A DNA stretch of 64,000 nt, taken from the NCBI RefSeq assembly GCF_006345805.1, contig NC_043020.1, positions 2,418,001-2,482,000 of the forward strand, given 5' to 3'. Position 1 is the stretch's first letter, and the number at the start of each line of letters is the position of its first letter. The translations under genes and the position numbers were made by a program. The DNA is from Octopus sinensis (lineage: Eukaryota). The notes under the pieces were generated by a model. The model had not been told where the DNA came from and ran no database searches. It saw only the letters and a list, made by a program, of their open reading frames with translations. Of this stretch, positions 37,720 through 52,560 are shown piece by piece.

Positions 37720-38252
37720 AGACTGTGGCCATGATGGGGCACCGCCTTGAAGAATTTTTAGTCAAATGAATCAACCCCAATACCATTTATTTAAACCTGA
37801 TACTTATTCTGTCGATCTTTTTTGCCGAAACACAATGTTACAGGGACATAAACACTGGTTGTCCAATGGTGGTAGTCAAACAAATCGAGCCCAGGACTTA
37901 CTCTTTGAAACCCTAGTGCTTATTCTATTGGTCTTTTTTTGCTGAACCGCTAAGTGACAGGGGACGTTAACACACCAACATTGGTTGTCAAGCGATGGTG
38001 GGTGGGGGGACAAACACAGACACAAATAACACACACAGACATTATCATCATCATCATTTAACGTCCATTTTCCATGCTAGCATGGGTATATATATAAGGG
38101 GCTTCTTTCAGTTTCCATCTACCAGATCCACTCACAAGGCTTTGGCTAGTCTGAGGCTATAGTAGAAGATACTTGCCAAAGGTGCAAAGCAGTAGACTGA
38201 ACCTAGAAACATGTGATTGGGAAGCAAGCTTCTTACGACACAGCCACTCTTA

Positions 38253-38255
<3 letters not shown>
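37720..38255 (-). mobile_element. SINE family A interrupted by a short RTE-type tail
   Basis: Tail half at 37720-38030, RTE tail at about 38045-38090, head half at 38095-38255. Confidence 0.7.
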
Positions 38256-38291
<36 letters not shown>

Positions 38292-39385
38292 ATATGTATA
38301 TGTATATATATATTATATATATATATATATATATGTACGTATGTATGTATTTTGTCTCCACCATAGTTTGACAACAGGTGTTGGTTTATTTACATCCCCC
38401 ACAGATTAGTGGTACAGCAACAGAAACAAGTAGGATAAGTACCATCTTCATCCTTTTAGCATTCAGATTACTCCATCAAATGTAATGCTTTATATATTCA
38501 CATTGTCTTGTATTAATCATTCCTTATCTTCAAGCTTCAAGATTTCGAAGATTGGATTGTTTTATTTTCAGAATGACATTGTAGGATAAGTGTAAAAGGC
38601 CAGATCTCGCCAGTTTGAATGTAAAACAAGTAGAAGATTTGAACCGAATATGGTCAGTTTAAATGCCAGATACTTAAAACAATAAGTACTGAGATTGACT
38701 GCTTGACTGAACCCATCACAGCAGTGCCCCAGCATGGCCCCAGCCCAATGACTGAAACACATAAAAGATAAAGGAACAGCTTTTTTTTGCAACTGCATAT
38801 TCCATTCCATTTAATTCCTTCCACTTCTACACAAATAATTCACACGAATGCCTCCTCTGGCATTTAACATTGTTTATCAAAATACTTTAATATAAAGTAC
38901 ATCCATCTTCTTTTCTTTTCCTCTTTCTGTTAACAAACTCAATTTTTAACTGTCATCACATTTATGTATATATAAACTGATAATGATGATTAATGTGTGT
39001 GTGTGTGTGTGTGTGTGTGCATGTGTTTATATGTATGTATATATACTAATATATCTGTTTGTTTTGTACACCACCTGTCTTCGTCTTTTGTTCTTTTCAT
39101 AAACTCTCCCTATATATATATACCATAAGCTATATTATGTATGTAATACAAACTATGAATTACATATACAGGGTGTTTCAAGAGTCTATGTCACATTCTA
39201 AGAATTCTTATGTCATGAACTACAAATGGTAGCATGATTGAACTGGTACCATTTAAAAGCTAAAAGTGTAAAATTCTCTTCTGTTAATTTAATTTTGATT
39301 AATGCTAATGAAATCTCCATATATGCAGTGTAGAGTGAGTTAGAGAAATGTCCAATGAGAAAATCTAACCATTAAAAATAATACT

Positions 39386-39788
39386 CTCTTTTACTCTTTT
39401 ACTTGTTTCAGTCATTTGACTGCGGCCATGCTGGAGCACCGCCTTTAGTCGAGCAACTCGACCCCGGGACTTATTCTTTTGTAAGCCCAGTACTTATTCT
39501 ATCAGTCTCTTTTGCTGAACTGCTAAGTAACGGGGACGTAAACACACCAGCATCGGTTGTCAAGCAATGCTAGGGGGACAAACACAGATACACAAACACA
39601 CACACGCATATACATACATATATACGACGGGCTTCTTTCAGTTTCCGTCTACCAAATCCACTCACAAGGCTTTGGTCCACCCGAGGCTATAGTAGAAGAC
39701 ACTTGCCCAAGGTGCCACGCAGTGGGACTGAACGCAGAACCATGTGGTTGGTAAACAAGCTACTTACCACACAGCCACTCCTGCGCCT
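39386..39788 (-). mobile_element. Full-length SINE family A (best copy)
   Basis: Head aggcgcaggagTGGCTGTGTGGtaag, ggcaccttgggcaagtgtcttc (CORE-like start), internal (TA/TG)n and tail ending (aaaagagt)n. Many CpGs are intact. Confidence 0.9.
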
Positions 39789-40089
39789 ATACTTGGTATT
39801 TTTTTTATAAAAAATCTTAAACAGATGAAGAAAGTTTAACATTAAAAAAATGATGTTTGTAAAGCTTATAGTAGAAAGTTAATGTAATCATTTATAGAAA
39901 AATAGGGGAATGAGGACCCTTGTTTACTCAAGGTTTGTATTAAGGGAGCATGGAAGTATTAGGTTGCTTTACATGAAATGCCGTATTTCAAAGGTAATGA
40001 TAAAATGTTTCACAAGTGTTAGAGAACCAATTTATTTAATCCTAACCCTAATTATGTTCATTTATTACGTTTACCCAACGTTTCTCTAT

Positions 40090-40960
40090 TGTCATATATT
40101 CCATCTTTAAAAAAAAATTTGTCTTTTGCTGTGATGATAAACTGTCCGAATGTTTCAATTACCTCTTCTCTGTTTAAGAATGTTTTATTGCTTATGAAAA
40201 GCTCAAATAAGCTTAAATAAGTGAGGATCAGTAGGAAAGATATCAAGGGATTAGGGAGGATGTTGCAAAATCTCATAATGTGGGCTTTGCAACTTTTGGA
40301 CTGTAGCCTGAGGAGTGTGAGGACATGCATTGTTTTGGAGCAAAATTGGGCCACCTCTATTCACTCGTCTGGGTTGCTTCTTTTTCAAATTCTCATGCAT
40401 ACAATTAATTTCCTGGCAATATGATGTTGCTGTTACTGTTTTCCCTTGTTGCAAAAATGAATATCAAATAACTCCCTTCACAGACCACCATACAGTAACC
40501 ACTGGTGGTTTGGGTAGTGTTTAGGTGATTCTCTTGCACCTAATGTATGTCCTTTTCTCCTGCTGTTGTCAAAGAGTATCCATTTCTCATCAAATTTAAT
40601 GATTTGATGCAAAAATTGTCTTTTTCCAGTCGAGAAAGCAATAAGGAACACACTTCAAGGTGTCTGTTCTTTAAATCTCATTCAGTTAATGTGGAACAAA
40701 CTTTTCCACTTTCTTGACTTTTCCAATTTCTTACATGTGTCCAAAACAGCTTGGAGTTCTGAACCCATCACTATCACACATAGATAGGAACAGATAAACA
40801 TGAAACTCAAATATCCAACTTCTAGGCTCTTTTTTTAAGTTCCTATTATTTTCTCTGCACTGATGAGTACTTTGATAATTTCCAAATTCAAATAGGAATT
40901 TATATCTATGTATGAAACAATTGTATGCATGAATAAACTTCTTACAACTTTTTAACATCT
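40090..40960 (-). mobile_element. Decayed mariner transposase
   Basis: GKTVTATSYCQEINCMHENLKKKQPRRVNRGGPILLQNNACPH...LQHPP*SPDI matches mariner motifs (ILLHDNARPH, HPPYSPDL). Confidence 0.85.
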
Positions 40961-41294
40961 TATCTCCTCCATTTTTGACAAATATGATTGGATTTGTAGA
41001 ACTTCATTCCATAAGTTAATCATACACTTAATATTCTAATACCACTTTTGATATCTTCACCAATTTACACCAGTAAACTCTCAGCAAAATATGAAGAATC
41101 AACGTAAGAAATCTTTTTAGAAACCACTCCAATTAAAAGACGAATCCACATTCAACCTGTCACGCACATATATGTGTGCATATGTATGTATGTGTACATA
41201 GATATATATGTATAAATATACATGCATGTATATTTGTATAAGTATATATATATATATACATATATACACACATTTACATTACACACATATATAC

Positions 41295-41333
<39 letters not shown>

Positions 41334-41423
41334 TATAATATATATATATACATATAATGAATTTATTACAATATATACGTGTATATATCATCATCATTTA
41401 ATATATATATATAATATATATAT

Positions 41424-41454
<31 letters not shown>

Positions 41455-42278
41455 CAGAGAAATATTAATATTTCTAAATCTCTCTAAAGGAGACTACGGC
41501 AGCAGTACTGGATTAATAGTTATCACCATGTTAGCTTGGCAATAACTATTAACATATATATATATATATATATATATAACACACACACACACACAACACA
41601 TGTATATACATTACACAAATGTAGTTGCATATACAAATACTAATACTGTGTTTAACAGAACTTTAAAATAGCAACACCCATATATTTTTGTTTTCATCTT
41701 GGTGTGTGGTGGTGTGTGTGTGTGTGTGTGTGTGTATTTGTATGTGTGTGTGTTTATGGTTGCTCTCTCTTCTGCTTCTGTAGAAATATGTGAAGGTTTC
41801 AAAGATATTCAAACAACTTCAAAACAACAAAGAACACAACACAACAAAACAAAAACAATACACAGCAAACAGTAAATTAATATAAATGAATAAAGACAAC
41901 ACCACCATGACCACCACCACCACCACCAGCCTTCGGTCTCTATCAATACCATACATGCACACCTGTTTTTACCAGAGGTGGTCCCTGGGGAGGACACGGA
42001 TGATGCTAGACAGATTGATTGATTGGATGATTGATTGATCGAAAGGAAGTCTGTAAAAGATGGAGATAAGGGAAAGGAGGCTGGCGATGATGATGAGAGA
42101 GAGAGAGAGAGAGAGAGAGGGGGAGAGAGGGAGAGAGAGGAGAGAGGGAGAGAGAGAGAGAGAGAGAGTGTGTGTGTGTGTGTGTTGGGTAGACAGAGAG
42201 TGGAATAGTAGAAAGGGAGTCCAAAAAGTGTTGGAATGGCAACGCATAGATGGAAGAGTTTAAAATCTTGGTGCATAA

Positions 42279-42325
<47 letters not shown>

Positions 42326-42608
42326 AATGCATGTGCACACATACTTTACATACTGCTATAAACCCACCACCACCACCATATCTTCTACCACCAACACCAC
42401 AAACATACACACACATGTATGTATGTATGTATGTATGTATGTATGTATGTATTATATATGTATGTGTGTGTGTATGTATGTATTATATATTATGTATGTA
42501 TGTCAGTATGTATTATGTATGTATGTATGTATGTATTATGTATGTATGTATGTATGTATGTATGTGTGTGTGTATGTATGTATACATAAATATAGATGTG
42601 TGTGTTTG

Positions 42609-42677
<69 letters not shown>

Positions 42678-43640
42678 TGCATGCATGTATACATATATAT
42701 ATATATGATTGTATATATACATATATACATATATATGTATGTATACATATACAAATATATATATATATAATATATATATATATGTATACACATATACATA
42801 CATTATACATACATATATGTATGTATACATATATTCATATATATATAGGTATATATATGTATACATATATACATACATTATATATATATACACACACATG
42901 TACATACACACACATATATATATATACAAATACATGCATATACACAAGCGCACCATTCATTCATTCCTTCACCACACACGGCACTGTTGCTCACTGTATC
43001 AATGATAATAATTAAATAATCAACTTCAATCATTAACTGTGTGGTATGGGCTGATGCGTGGAGTGTTGCAATGACGGTTGTGATGGTACCACAGCAGTAG
43101 TAGTAGTAGTAGTATGCCAAGTTGTGCTATGTCCTATTCTGTTGTGGTGTGGGGTGGGGTGGGGTGATATGCAACTGTTGTATGGTGTATGTATTGTGCT
43201 GTGATATACGTCCTGATGTGAAGCATGTGTTGTGGTACCTTGTGGTGTATTCTGATGTGTGTTGTGTTGTGGTATTCAGTTCATCTAGAAAGAGTGGTAG
43301 TGGTTGTGGGTGGCAATGCTGGCTGTGGTGTGTAGGTGGTAGTAATAGTGGTGGTGATGGTTCTAGCTGCAGTATGTGCAGCGAGGACGGTAACAGCAGT
43401 GGTGGTGGTGTAAAACGGTACTAGAGTTGGCGTTGGTGGTAGTGGTGCTGTAGGTGATGGTGGTGGTGGTGGCAGCAATTGTGGTGGTGATGGTGCCACT
43501 CAGTAACAAGACGGATGGTTTTCAATGCTTGATGAACAGATAAGAATTGGAAATGTTAAGAACTCGCTCATAGATTCCCTGACCTTTTCCACAGAAATCA
43601 CACAATCAAGAAAACAAAGACCTATGTGTGTCTACATATA

Positions 43641-43680
<40 letters not shown>

Positions 43681-44662
43681 ATGTCCCCATGCAACAGTGC
43701 CAATGTGTGAACATGAGCAACTACCCACCCACACACACACACACTGACAATTACATCTATTCAATAACATAGACAAAAATATAGTCAGGTATCATACAAA
43801 CACAAAATGATATTGTTTGTGTATATGTTATATAGATATAGATATAAGATATAGATATGTATATATAGCAAAGATGACATTAACGAGCAATACAATAACA
43901 TCTCCTTAATTTCTTTACGTGTATATAAATATTTTCATCAGACCAAATACATAAGATATACAGTGTGAATATGTGTGAGTATATAACTATCAGTCAATAT
44001 ATATATATATATATGTATATATATCTGTGTGTCTGTGTGTGTATTTATATATATATATATACATACATACACACAAACAAGTAAAAAAAAATAACATCAC
44101 ACAAGCAAAGAAATTCATACACACCCACGCTTCTTCAGAAGCAAATAAATGCAGATATAAATACATACACACACACATAAATATATAGATTCACAAGATT
44201 AAACACACATGCACAGATATACATACATTTTACATACATATACATTCATATACGTTCATTTATCTGATGGAGCTCTTCACGTCAAAGATTGCATGCTATA
44301 TTATATTATATATATATATATATATTATATATATATATATTATATATATATATATATACATATATATTATATATATACACACTGCACAAACACATTTGCA
44401 TGTATATAATTATTATAGGAATGGTCATCTGTGTGAAGATGGTGCTTCACTGAAAGATGGTTCTATTTTCAGAACACATCCACAAAACCAGGTTCTTCAG
44501 ATGCCCACTACATGCCTGATGCATATATTATTATCACATTACACATATACGTACGTATGTATATTATATATATATATATATTATACACATATTCTACACA
44601 CCCACCACATACTTATGCTAAAGATGTCATATACTGACGCACAAGTATCCATGCATATGTAC

Positions 44663-44707
<45 letters not shown>

Positions 44708-44994
44708 ATATATATATATTGTGCCGGTGGCACATAAAAGCACCATCCGTTCATGGCCGTTTGCCAGCTCTGTCTGGCACCTGTGCAGGTGGCACGTAAA
44801 AAGCACCCACTACACTCACGAGAGTGGTTGGCGTTAGAAGGGCATCCAGCCGAATAAAACTGCCAGATTTGACTGGGCCTGATGAAGCCTTCTGGCTTCA
44901 TAGACCCCAGTAGAACTGTCCAACCCATGCTAGCATGGAAAGCGGACGCTAAACGATGATGATGATGATGATGATGATATATATATATATATAT

Positions 44995-45310
44995 TGGCAT
45001 TTCCCAGCTTGCATATGCACACGTACTTTCCATATTCCTGAGACATGCAGAGATTGAGAGGAAAACACACAAGCATCAGCAATGAGATGCTTGCATCACC
45101 TCTTACGCATTTCATATTCTGACCGAGTCACCACTGGCCCTCAACAAGATCTTCTGACAACAGCGAAGAAAAGAAACATGAGATAGGATGGCCATATAAC
45201 AGAATGGCAACGGCCTTGAAAATATTACCGTTCTTCAAGGAACTAAGGTTGGAGGAGAAGAAATGGTAGAAAAGATTGGCAGACAACATAAAGGAATGGA
45301 TAGGAAAATT
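44995..45310 (+). mobile_element. RTE-clade LINE C-terminal remnant, cut by the assembly gap
   Basis: QDLLTTAKKRNMR*DGHI... and ...WQTT/DNIKEW are similar to the RTE C-terminus (L.W.GH...QG.V.G.R.RGR....W.DNIK.W). Confidence 0.55.
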
Positions 45311-45316
45311 CTTAGT

Positions 45317-45416
45317 NNNNNNNNNNNNNNNNNNNNNNNNNNNNNNNNNNNNNNNNNNNNNNNNNNNNNNNNNNNNNNNNNNNNNNNNNNNNNNNNNNNN
45401 NNNNNNNNNNNNNNNN
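45317..45416. other. Assembly gap (100 N)
   Basis: Visible directly; true size unknown, so continuity across it is not guaranteed. Confidence 1.
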
Positions 45417-45720
45417 TATATAAACAGTATGTGTATATAGGTATATAATCATACTCATCTTCATTCATTTAATGTCTGCTCTCCATACTGGAGTGGGATT
45501 ACACATATGTATGTATATATATACACACACACACACCACACACACAATATATATATATTATACAAATATATATACATATATATATAATTACAATATATAC
45601 ATAATTATACATACATACTAATATATCACATATAATACATATATATATACATATATATACATATATATATATACATATATTATACATATATATATATACC
45701 ATATATATACATACATATAT

Positions 45721-46031
45721 CACCGTGATCACCGTGACGACCAGGCTATCAGATGATGCTACACATCGCTGGTCACAATGCGCTTCGCATTGTTCTTAGC
45801 CTTCAAATGACGCCACCCCGCTGGCTAAGCGACCAGGCCAACAGAAGAAAGAGTGAGAGAAAGTTGTGGCGAAAGAGTACAGCAGGGATCGCCACCACCC
45901 CCTGCCGGAACCTCGTGGACATTTGGATGTTTTCGCTCAGTAAACACTCACAACGCCTGGTCTGGGAATCGAAACCGCGATCCTACGACCGCGAGTCCGC
46001 TGCCCTAACCACTGGGCCATTGTGCCTCCAC
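45721..46031 (-). mobile_element. tRNA-derived SINE, family D (tail type 2)
   Basis: Same head and body as 21525-21715 but a different 3' tail. A tail-only copy lies at 55156-55277 (+). Confidence 0.85.
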
Positions 46032-46153
46032 ACATACATATATATAAATACAACATATATATATATATATATATTATATGTGTATATATATATAATATAT
46101 AATAGATAGATAGATAGATAGATAGATACATATATATATAATATATATATATA

Positions 46154-46198
<45 letters not shown>

Positions 46199-46199
46199 C

Positions 46200-47390
46200 G
46201 CAAACCCCTTCAGGTAGATGGCCCTGCTCCAACTGTAGAAACTCTGTAAGATGTACCCAGTGTAAGCTATGGACACATAAGAGGTGCAGCAATATCAAAG
46301 GAAGGCTAACTGGGAAGATAGTTTTTGTATGTGGCAGATGCTCAGGAGCAATAAACACTGAAAATGTGCAGAGAACAACTTCTGCCACATTCCAGGGAGG
46401 AAAACAAGAAGTAGTTGATAGCGTCTGTTACCTAGGTGACCAAGTCAGTAGCAGGGGGGGTGCACTGAAGGTGTAGCTGCAAGAATAAGAATAGCCTGGG
46501 CAAAGTTCAGAGAGCTCTACCTCTGATGGTGGTGAAAAGGGCCTCTGCTCAGTAAAATGTAGACTGTATGATGCATTTGTATGAACAGCCACGCTACATG
46601 GGCTGAAGTGAAACCTGGGCTGTGACTGCTGAGGACATATGCAAGCTTGCAAAGAATGAAGCCAGTATGCTCCACTGGATGTGTAATGTCAGTGTGCATA
46701 CACGACAGAGTGTTAGTACCTTGAGAGAAAAGTTGGACTTGATGTGGTGTGCAAGAGAGACAACTGCGCTGGTATGGCCATGTGGCGAGAATGGATGTGG
46801 ATAGCTGTGTGAAAAAGTGCCACACCCTAGCAGTTGAGGGAACTGTGGAAGAGGTAGACCCAGGAAGACCTGGATGATGGGTGAGTGAAGCACAACCTTT
46901 GAACATTAGGCCTCCCCGAGGCAATGACTAGTGTGAGACTTTAGAAAGAAATATGCTGTGCTTGAAAAGACCTGGCAAGCCAAGTGAGACCATAACCCAT
47001 GGCCTATGCTAGTGCAACATAACCAGCCCATTTAAGAGTAGCCTTCAATCATTGGGCAATAAACTGCGCTTGCAAAGATCTGTTGAGTCAAGTGAAGTCA
47101 TTGTCAAGGCTGATGCCAGTACCAGCTGATTCGGACCCATGCTGGTGGCACATAAAAAGCACCATTCACGCGTAGTCAATGCCAGTGCTGGCTGACTGGC
47201 TCCCATGTCAGTAGCACATAAAAAGCACCCACTACACTCTCAGAGTGGTTGGCATTAGGAAGAGCATCCAGCTGTAGAAACATTGCCAGTGCAGATTGGA
47301 GCCTGCTGCAGCCTTCGGGCTTGCCAGCCCTCAGTCAAACAGTCCAACCCATGTTGGCATGGGTTGGACAGTGATGATGATGATGCATAT
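46200..47390 (+). mobile_element. 5'-truncated RTE-clade LINE (PHD-like insert, RT C-terminus, 3' UTR ending (GAT)n)
   Basis: CTQCKLWTHKRCS...FVCGRC, CYLGD, RIRIAWAKFREL, SETWAVT...EASMLHWMC and LRWYGHVARM...GRPRKTW; frameshifted. Confidence 0.85.
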
Positions 47391-47396
47391 ATATAT

Positions 47397-47760
47397 AGGC
47401 GCAAGAGTGGCTGTGTGGTAAGTAGCTTGCTTACCAACCACATGCTTCTGGGTGCAATCCTAATGTGTGGAACTTCTACTATAGCCTAGGGCTGACCGAA
47501 GCCATGTGAGTGGATTTGGTAGATGGAAACTGAAAGAAGCCTGTCGTATGTGTTTGTGTGTGTTTGTGTGCTTTTGTGTTTGTACCCCACTATCACTTGA
47601 CAACTGACGCTGGTGTGTTTACGTCCCCGTAACCTAGCAGTTCGTCAAAAGGAACCAATAGAATAAGAACTAGGGTTACAAAGAATAAGTCCTGGGGTCG
47701 ATTTGCTCGACTAAAGGCGATGCTCCAGCATGGCCACAGTCAAATGACTGAAACGAATAA
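47397..47760 (+). mobile_element. Full-length SINE family A
   Basis: Reverse complement of 39386-39788 with a short internal deletion. Confidence 0.9.
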
Positions 47761-48023
47761 ATGACAAGGGTAAGAGGATCATGATGATGATGATGAGTAA
47801 GGGGAGGAGGAGGAGGACGATAATGATGATGAGGGGAAGGAGGATCATGATGACGATGATGATGAAGAGGAGGAGGGGGAGAGGATGGTAATGAGGAAGA
47901 GAGGAGGAGAAGAATGATGAGGATGAAACGAATACGTGAGAGAGTATGAATGTATGTATAAATGCATGCACACACACACACACACACACATACACACACA
48001 CACACACATACACACACACACAC

Positions 48024-48060
<37 letters not shown>

Positions 48061-49739
48061 AGTAATAGCCACTCAATTAGGTGGAAGGAGAGAAACCAGA
48101 CAATGTCAATTCCATTTCTCAACAATAATTAGGAACAGCAAAATCTGACGAACAATTCTAATTACCAATAAGTTAAGTGGTCTGTGGTATTCCACTCTCC
48201 CAAAACTGAAGTAGAAACTCTTCACGCAATGGTGAAGGCAGGGGTTCTAACGTAGCTGTGTTGGGGTGTCGGGTGGCACGATGCAATATGGTTTGTGTTG
48301 TCTAGGGTGCATAAGTGGTGTACAGTTAAATAAGTTTTGGTGTAACAATCATCATCATCATCATCATCATCATATCATCGTCGTCATCATCATCATCATC
48401 ATCATCATCGTCATCATCATCATCATCGTCGTCGTCATCATCATCATTGTCGTCATCATCATCATCATCATTATTTAGCAACTATGCTTTCATGCTTGCA
48501 CGGGTCGGTCGGATGCCCTTCCTGTTGCCAACCCTCTTCCGTACGAACAGATGTTCTTGCAGAATACTGGAAATGAAGGACACTGCATCTATGACAAGGA
48601 CACTCCTTTACAGCTATCACATGAAGTCAAGACAAAGAGACTCAAATACACAAACATTCACATGCAGTGGGACTGAACCCAGAACCATGTGGTTGGTAAG
48701 CAAGCTACTTACCACACAGCCACTCCTGCGCCTGTTTGTTTGCAATGAAATATTAGCACGGCCCCTAATTGACTATTTTGCTTGTGTGGATCGCCAGAAA
48801 TGTCTTATATGGACCCCCCCTCCCCTAGGGGTAATATGGACTCTGGTTAAGAGCCACTATTTTAAATCAGCTAGATTGTGATGGTTGGAACATCTGTAAC
48901 TGTAAGTCTACTTGATCGAGGAACAACGGCAGTGCAACATTGCTGCAATGTTACCAGCACCACCAGAACAACAACAACAACACTATCTAACAAACAGCAA
49001 CCCCACCCCACCCTCTGCCAACTACCACCCATTCCAACATTCCAGTTCCTCCCCACCTCCCCGTGTAAGGTAATATGCAAAGTAAGCACCATACCGTTGC
49101 TGATAAAAAAAAATAAATAAATCCCCTAAACCTAATTAGTGCATCACTGACGACATCTACTAATTAACCTTTTTCCAAACACTTGCACTTCTTCTTCTCC
49201 TCCCCTCCCCCCTCCTCCTTTGCACCTTACCATGAAATCAAGAAATGCAATCTTTGGAGGTGCCACGACAGAGATGAGGTGGTGCCACTTGTTACCAACC
49301 CTCCTCCTCCACTACCACCACCATCAGCACTGCAGCCACCACAACTGCTGCTTGTGCTACCACTGTCTCTACTACCACCTCTACTGCCACCACCATCACC
49401 ACCACCATCCTCCTCATTAGGCACATTAACCGTTCCAGATGGCTCCAGGCTAACACTGACTTCTTATTCCCAACGCAACTCCATGGGTTTCTTTTCGATA
49501 GATTTACCGTTTTCCGTTGTTTTTTCCTTAGAATTTTTTTTTCTCTTTTCCTGTTTTGTAATTTGTGATTTTATTGACTTGTTTTATTGTTTTATTGTTT
49601 TGTTGTTTTGTATTCTTGAAGGAAAGTGTGTTTCAAAGTTTGGTTTTTTTTTTGGTTTTGATTGTTGTTCTTGTTTTTGGTTTTTCTAATCTTTAGCATT
49701 TGAGATAGAAGTGTTTGTTATTGTTGTGCCTTTCCTGTT

Positions 49740-49957
49740 GCCATTGACGATGATGATGATGATGATGATGATGGTAGTCATAGTAATGATGTTGTGAATG
49801 TCGTTGATGTTGATATTGATGACAACGATGACGCTATTGTTGTTAATGATGATGATGACGATGATTATAATGACAACAGCCATGATGGCGATGATGGTGA
49901 CGATGTTCTTAATGATGCTGGTGGTGACGTTGCTTTGTTGTTGTTAAGGTAGATATG

Positions 49958-49997
<40 letters not shown>

Positions 49998-51675
49998 AAT
50001 GATGATGATGATGATGAAGATGGAGATGCTAATTTTGTGAGAAGTAATGTATTTATTGGATTGTCTTTTTTTTTGTTCTAATTTGAGCAAAATGGCAAAG
50101 TGTGCCAGGAACGGTGGCACTGAGTGTAGGGAGTTCTTCAAAGTACAAAGAGCAAAGGTGGCGGTGGTGGTGGTGGTGGTGTGTATATAAATGTGTGTGT
50201 GTGTGTGTGTGTGTTATTGTTGCCTTGACTATTTATGCAAGTTGTAAAAATGTTTTCCAGTGAGTGGTGCCGTTCATTTTTGATCCTCTTTAAAGACATG
50301 TCTGACCAGAGAGAGAGAGAGAGATGACCTTGCGTGAAAACAGGGAAGAGTTGGTGACAGGATGGTCAGCCAGCCGTAGGGAATCTGTATCAAGAAATAC
50401 AGCCTGACCCCATGCAGGCAGGGGGAAAATGGGTGTTAAAATGATGAGACGGGGGTGGTGCTGATGATGATGATGATGATGATGATTGTGGTGGTAATGA
50501 TGATGATGGTGAAGGGAATGATGATGATGATGATGATTGTGGTGGTAATTATCATGATGGTGATGGGGGTTGTGGTGGTGATGATGATGGTGATGGGAAT
50601 GATGAGGATGATGATTATAATAGTGATGTTGATGATGATGATCATGATAATAAAGATGACAGTGATGGAGATAACAATGTTGATGATGTTGAGGGAGGGT
50701 GGTGATGATGATGATCATGATGCCAATGATAGAGGTGATGATGGAGATGGTGGTGGTGATGATGACAATGACGATGATGATGATGATGATGATGACTGAA
50801 AACAATGATGACGGCTGTGGTGTGTTGTTATTGTATAGCTAATGATGTTGTTCTTGTTGTTATTGCATTGTTACTGCTGAACACTTAACATTGATGAGGG
50901 TATTGTTGCATCGTTATGGAATAGTAATTAATGTTGATGACAGCATTGTGTTGTTGTTAATTAAACAGCAACATCAACAGTAATCACCGTTTCTCTCATT
51001 ACTGCTGCTGTTGTTGTTGTTGTTGTTGATCATATTAAATATTGATGTTGATAGCGTTGTTATTGTGTCATTATAAAATAATTATTAATGTTGAGGTGAC
51101 GTTGTGGGGCTGTTGTGATTGTTGTGAAATAGCAATGGGAGCAGTGGGGGGGGGGGTTCTGGCTGCTGTGAAGCAGTAATGGTGGTGGTGGTGGTGGTTT
51201 TGGTTGTGGTGGTGTCAGTGGTTGTGGTGGGGTGGTGGTAGTGGCAGTGATGAGGATGGTTGTGATGGGGGAGGTGGTGGTAATGATCATTGTGGTGGTG
51301 GTGGTGGTGGTGGTAATGATGGTTCTGATGGGAGAGGTTGTGATGGGGGAGGTGGTGATGGTTGAGGTGGTGGTAATGATCATTGTGGTGGTGGTGGCCA
51401 TGGTAATGGTTGTAGAAGCAGTAATGGTGGTGGTTGTGGTGGTGGTTGTGGTGGTGGTAGTGGCAGTGATGGTTGTGATGAGGATGGTTGTGATGATGGA
51501 GGTTGTGATGGTTGAGGTGGTGGTAATGATCATTGCGGTGGTGGTGGTGATGGTGGTGGTGGCAATGATGGTTGTGATGGGAGAGGTTGTGATGGTGATG
51601 GTAGTGGTGGTGGTGGTGGTGGTCACGGTAATGGCAATGGTTGTAGTAGCAGTGATGGTAGTGGTGGTGGTGGTG
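49740..51675. repeat. Several (GAT)n and (GGT)n trinucleotide tracts
   Basis: Visible directly at about 49740-50030, 50455-50800 and 51175-51675. Confidence 0.9.
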
Positions 51676-52042
51676 TATTCATTTCCATACATTCAAACAA
51701 ATTTAAATACAATCCAAACAACAACAAAACAATTGTTTTTTTCCATCAATGGCAGACAAACGGTTAAAGCAAAGTCAACCATGTTGAAACAGACACCAAA
51801 CACCATCCTCCCCACCACCAACAACAACAACATCTGTTACAATAACAATAAAGAAAACAATAAAAATAAGGAAAAGCAACAAGAAGAATGGCAATCACAA
51901 CAATCTACTCCGACAACAACAACAGCAACAACCCCACCTTTCCTCATCTCTGCTATTTAAGAATATGCTAAAGTCACCTCCAACACAAACACAGCTTCCT
52001 TCCTTTCCACTATACACTCCCTGTTTAACCCCAACCTGTATC

Positions 52043-52162
52043 TATCTATATATATATATAAATATATATATAATATATAAATATATAAATATATAAATAT
52101 ATATAAATAATATATATATAAATATATATATATATATCAAATTATATATATTATATAAATAT

Positions 52163-52193
<31 letters not shown>

Positions 52194-52349
52194 ATATATA
52201 TATACTATATAAATATATATATATATAAATATATATATATATAAATATATATATATTATAAATATATATATATATATAATATATATATAATATTATAAAT
52301 ATATATATATATAAATATAATATATATAAATATATAAATATATATAAAT

Positions 52350-52398
<49 letters not shown>

Positions 52399-52481
52399 AA
52401 TATAATATATATTATATCTATATATATTATAAATATAATATATATATATATATAATTATATTATATATAAATATATATAAT

Positions 52482-52541
<60 letters not shown>

Positions 52542-52560
52542 AATATATATATATATAAAT

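Noticed and set aside
41513-41552. 11-bp inverted repeat ttaatagttat/ataactattaa
   Set aside because: Short and AT-rich, so expected by chance in this composition.
44879-44902. CTGATGAAGCC-ttct-GGCTTCA hairpin
   Set aside because: No GAAA or stem III; it is part of the RTE 3' UTR.
45235-45468. ORFs containing X runs
   Set aside because: Artefacts of translating through the 100-N gap.
49183-49689. 168-aa Pro-rich ORF and nearby splice-like sites (49228 minus donor, 49419 acceptor)
   Set aside because: Mostly (CCA)n and T-rich low complexity; the candidate exons lack a matched strong donor/acceptor pair and have no recognisable homology.
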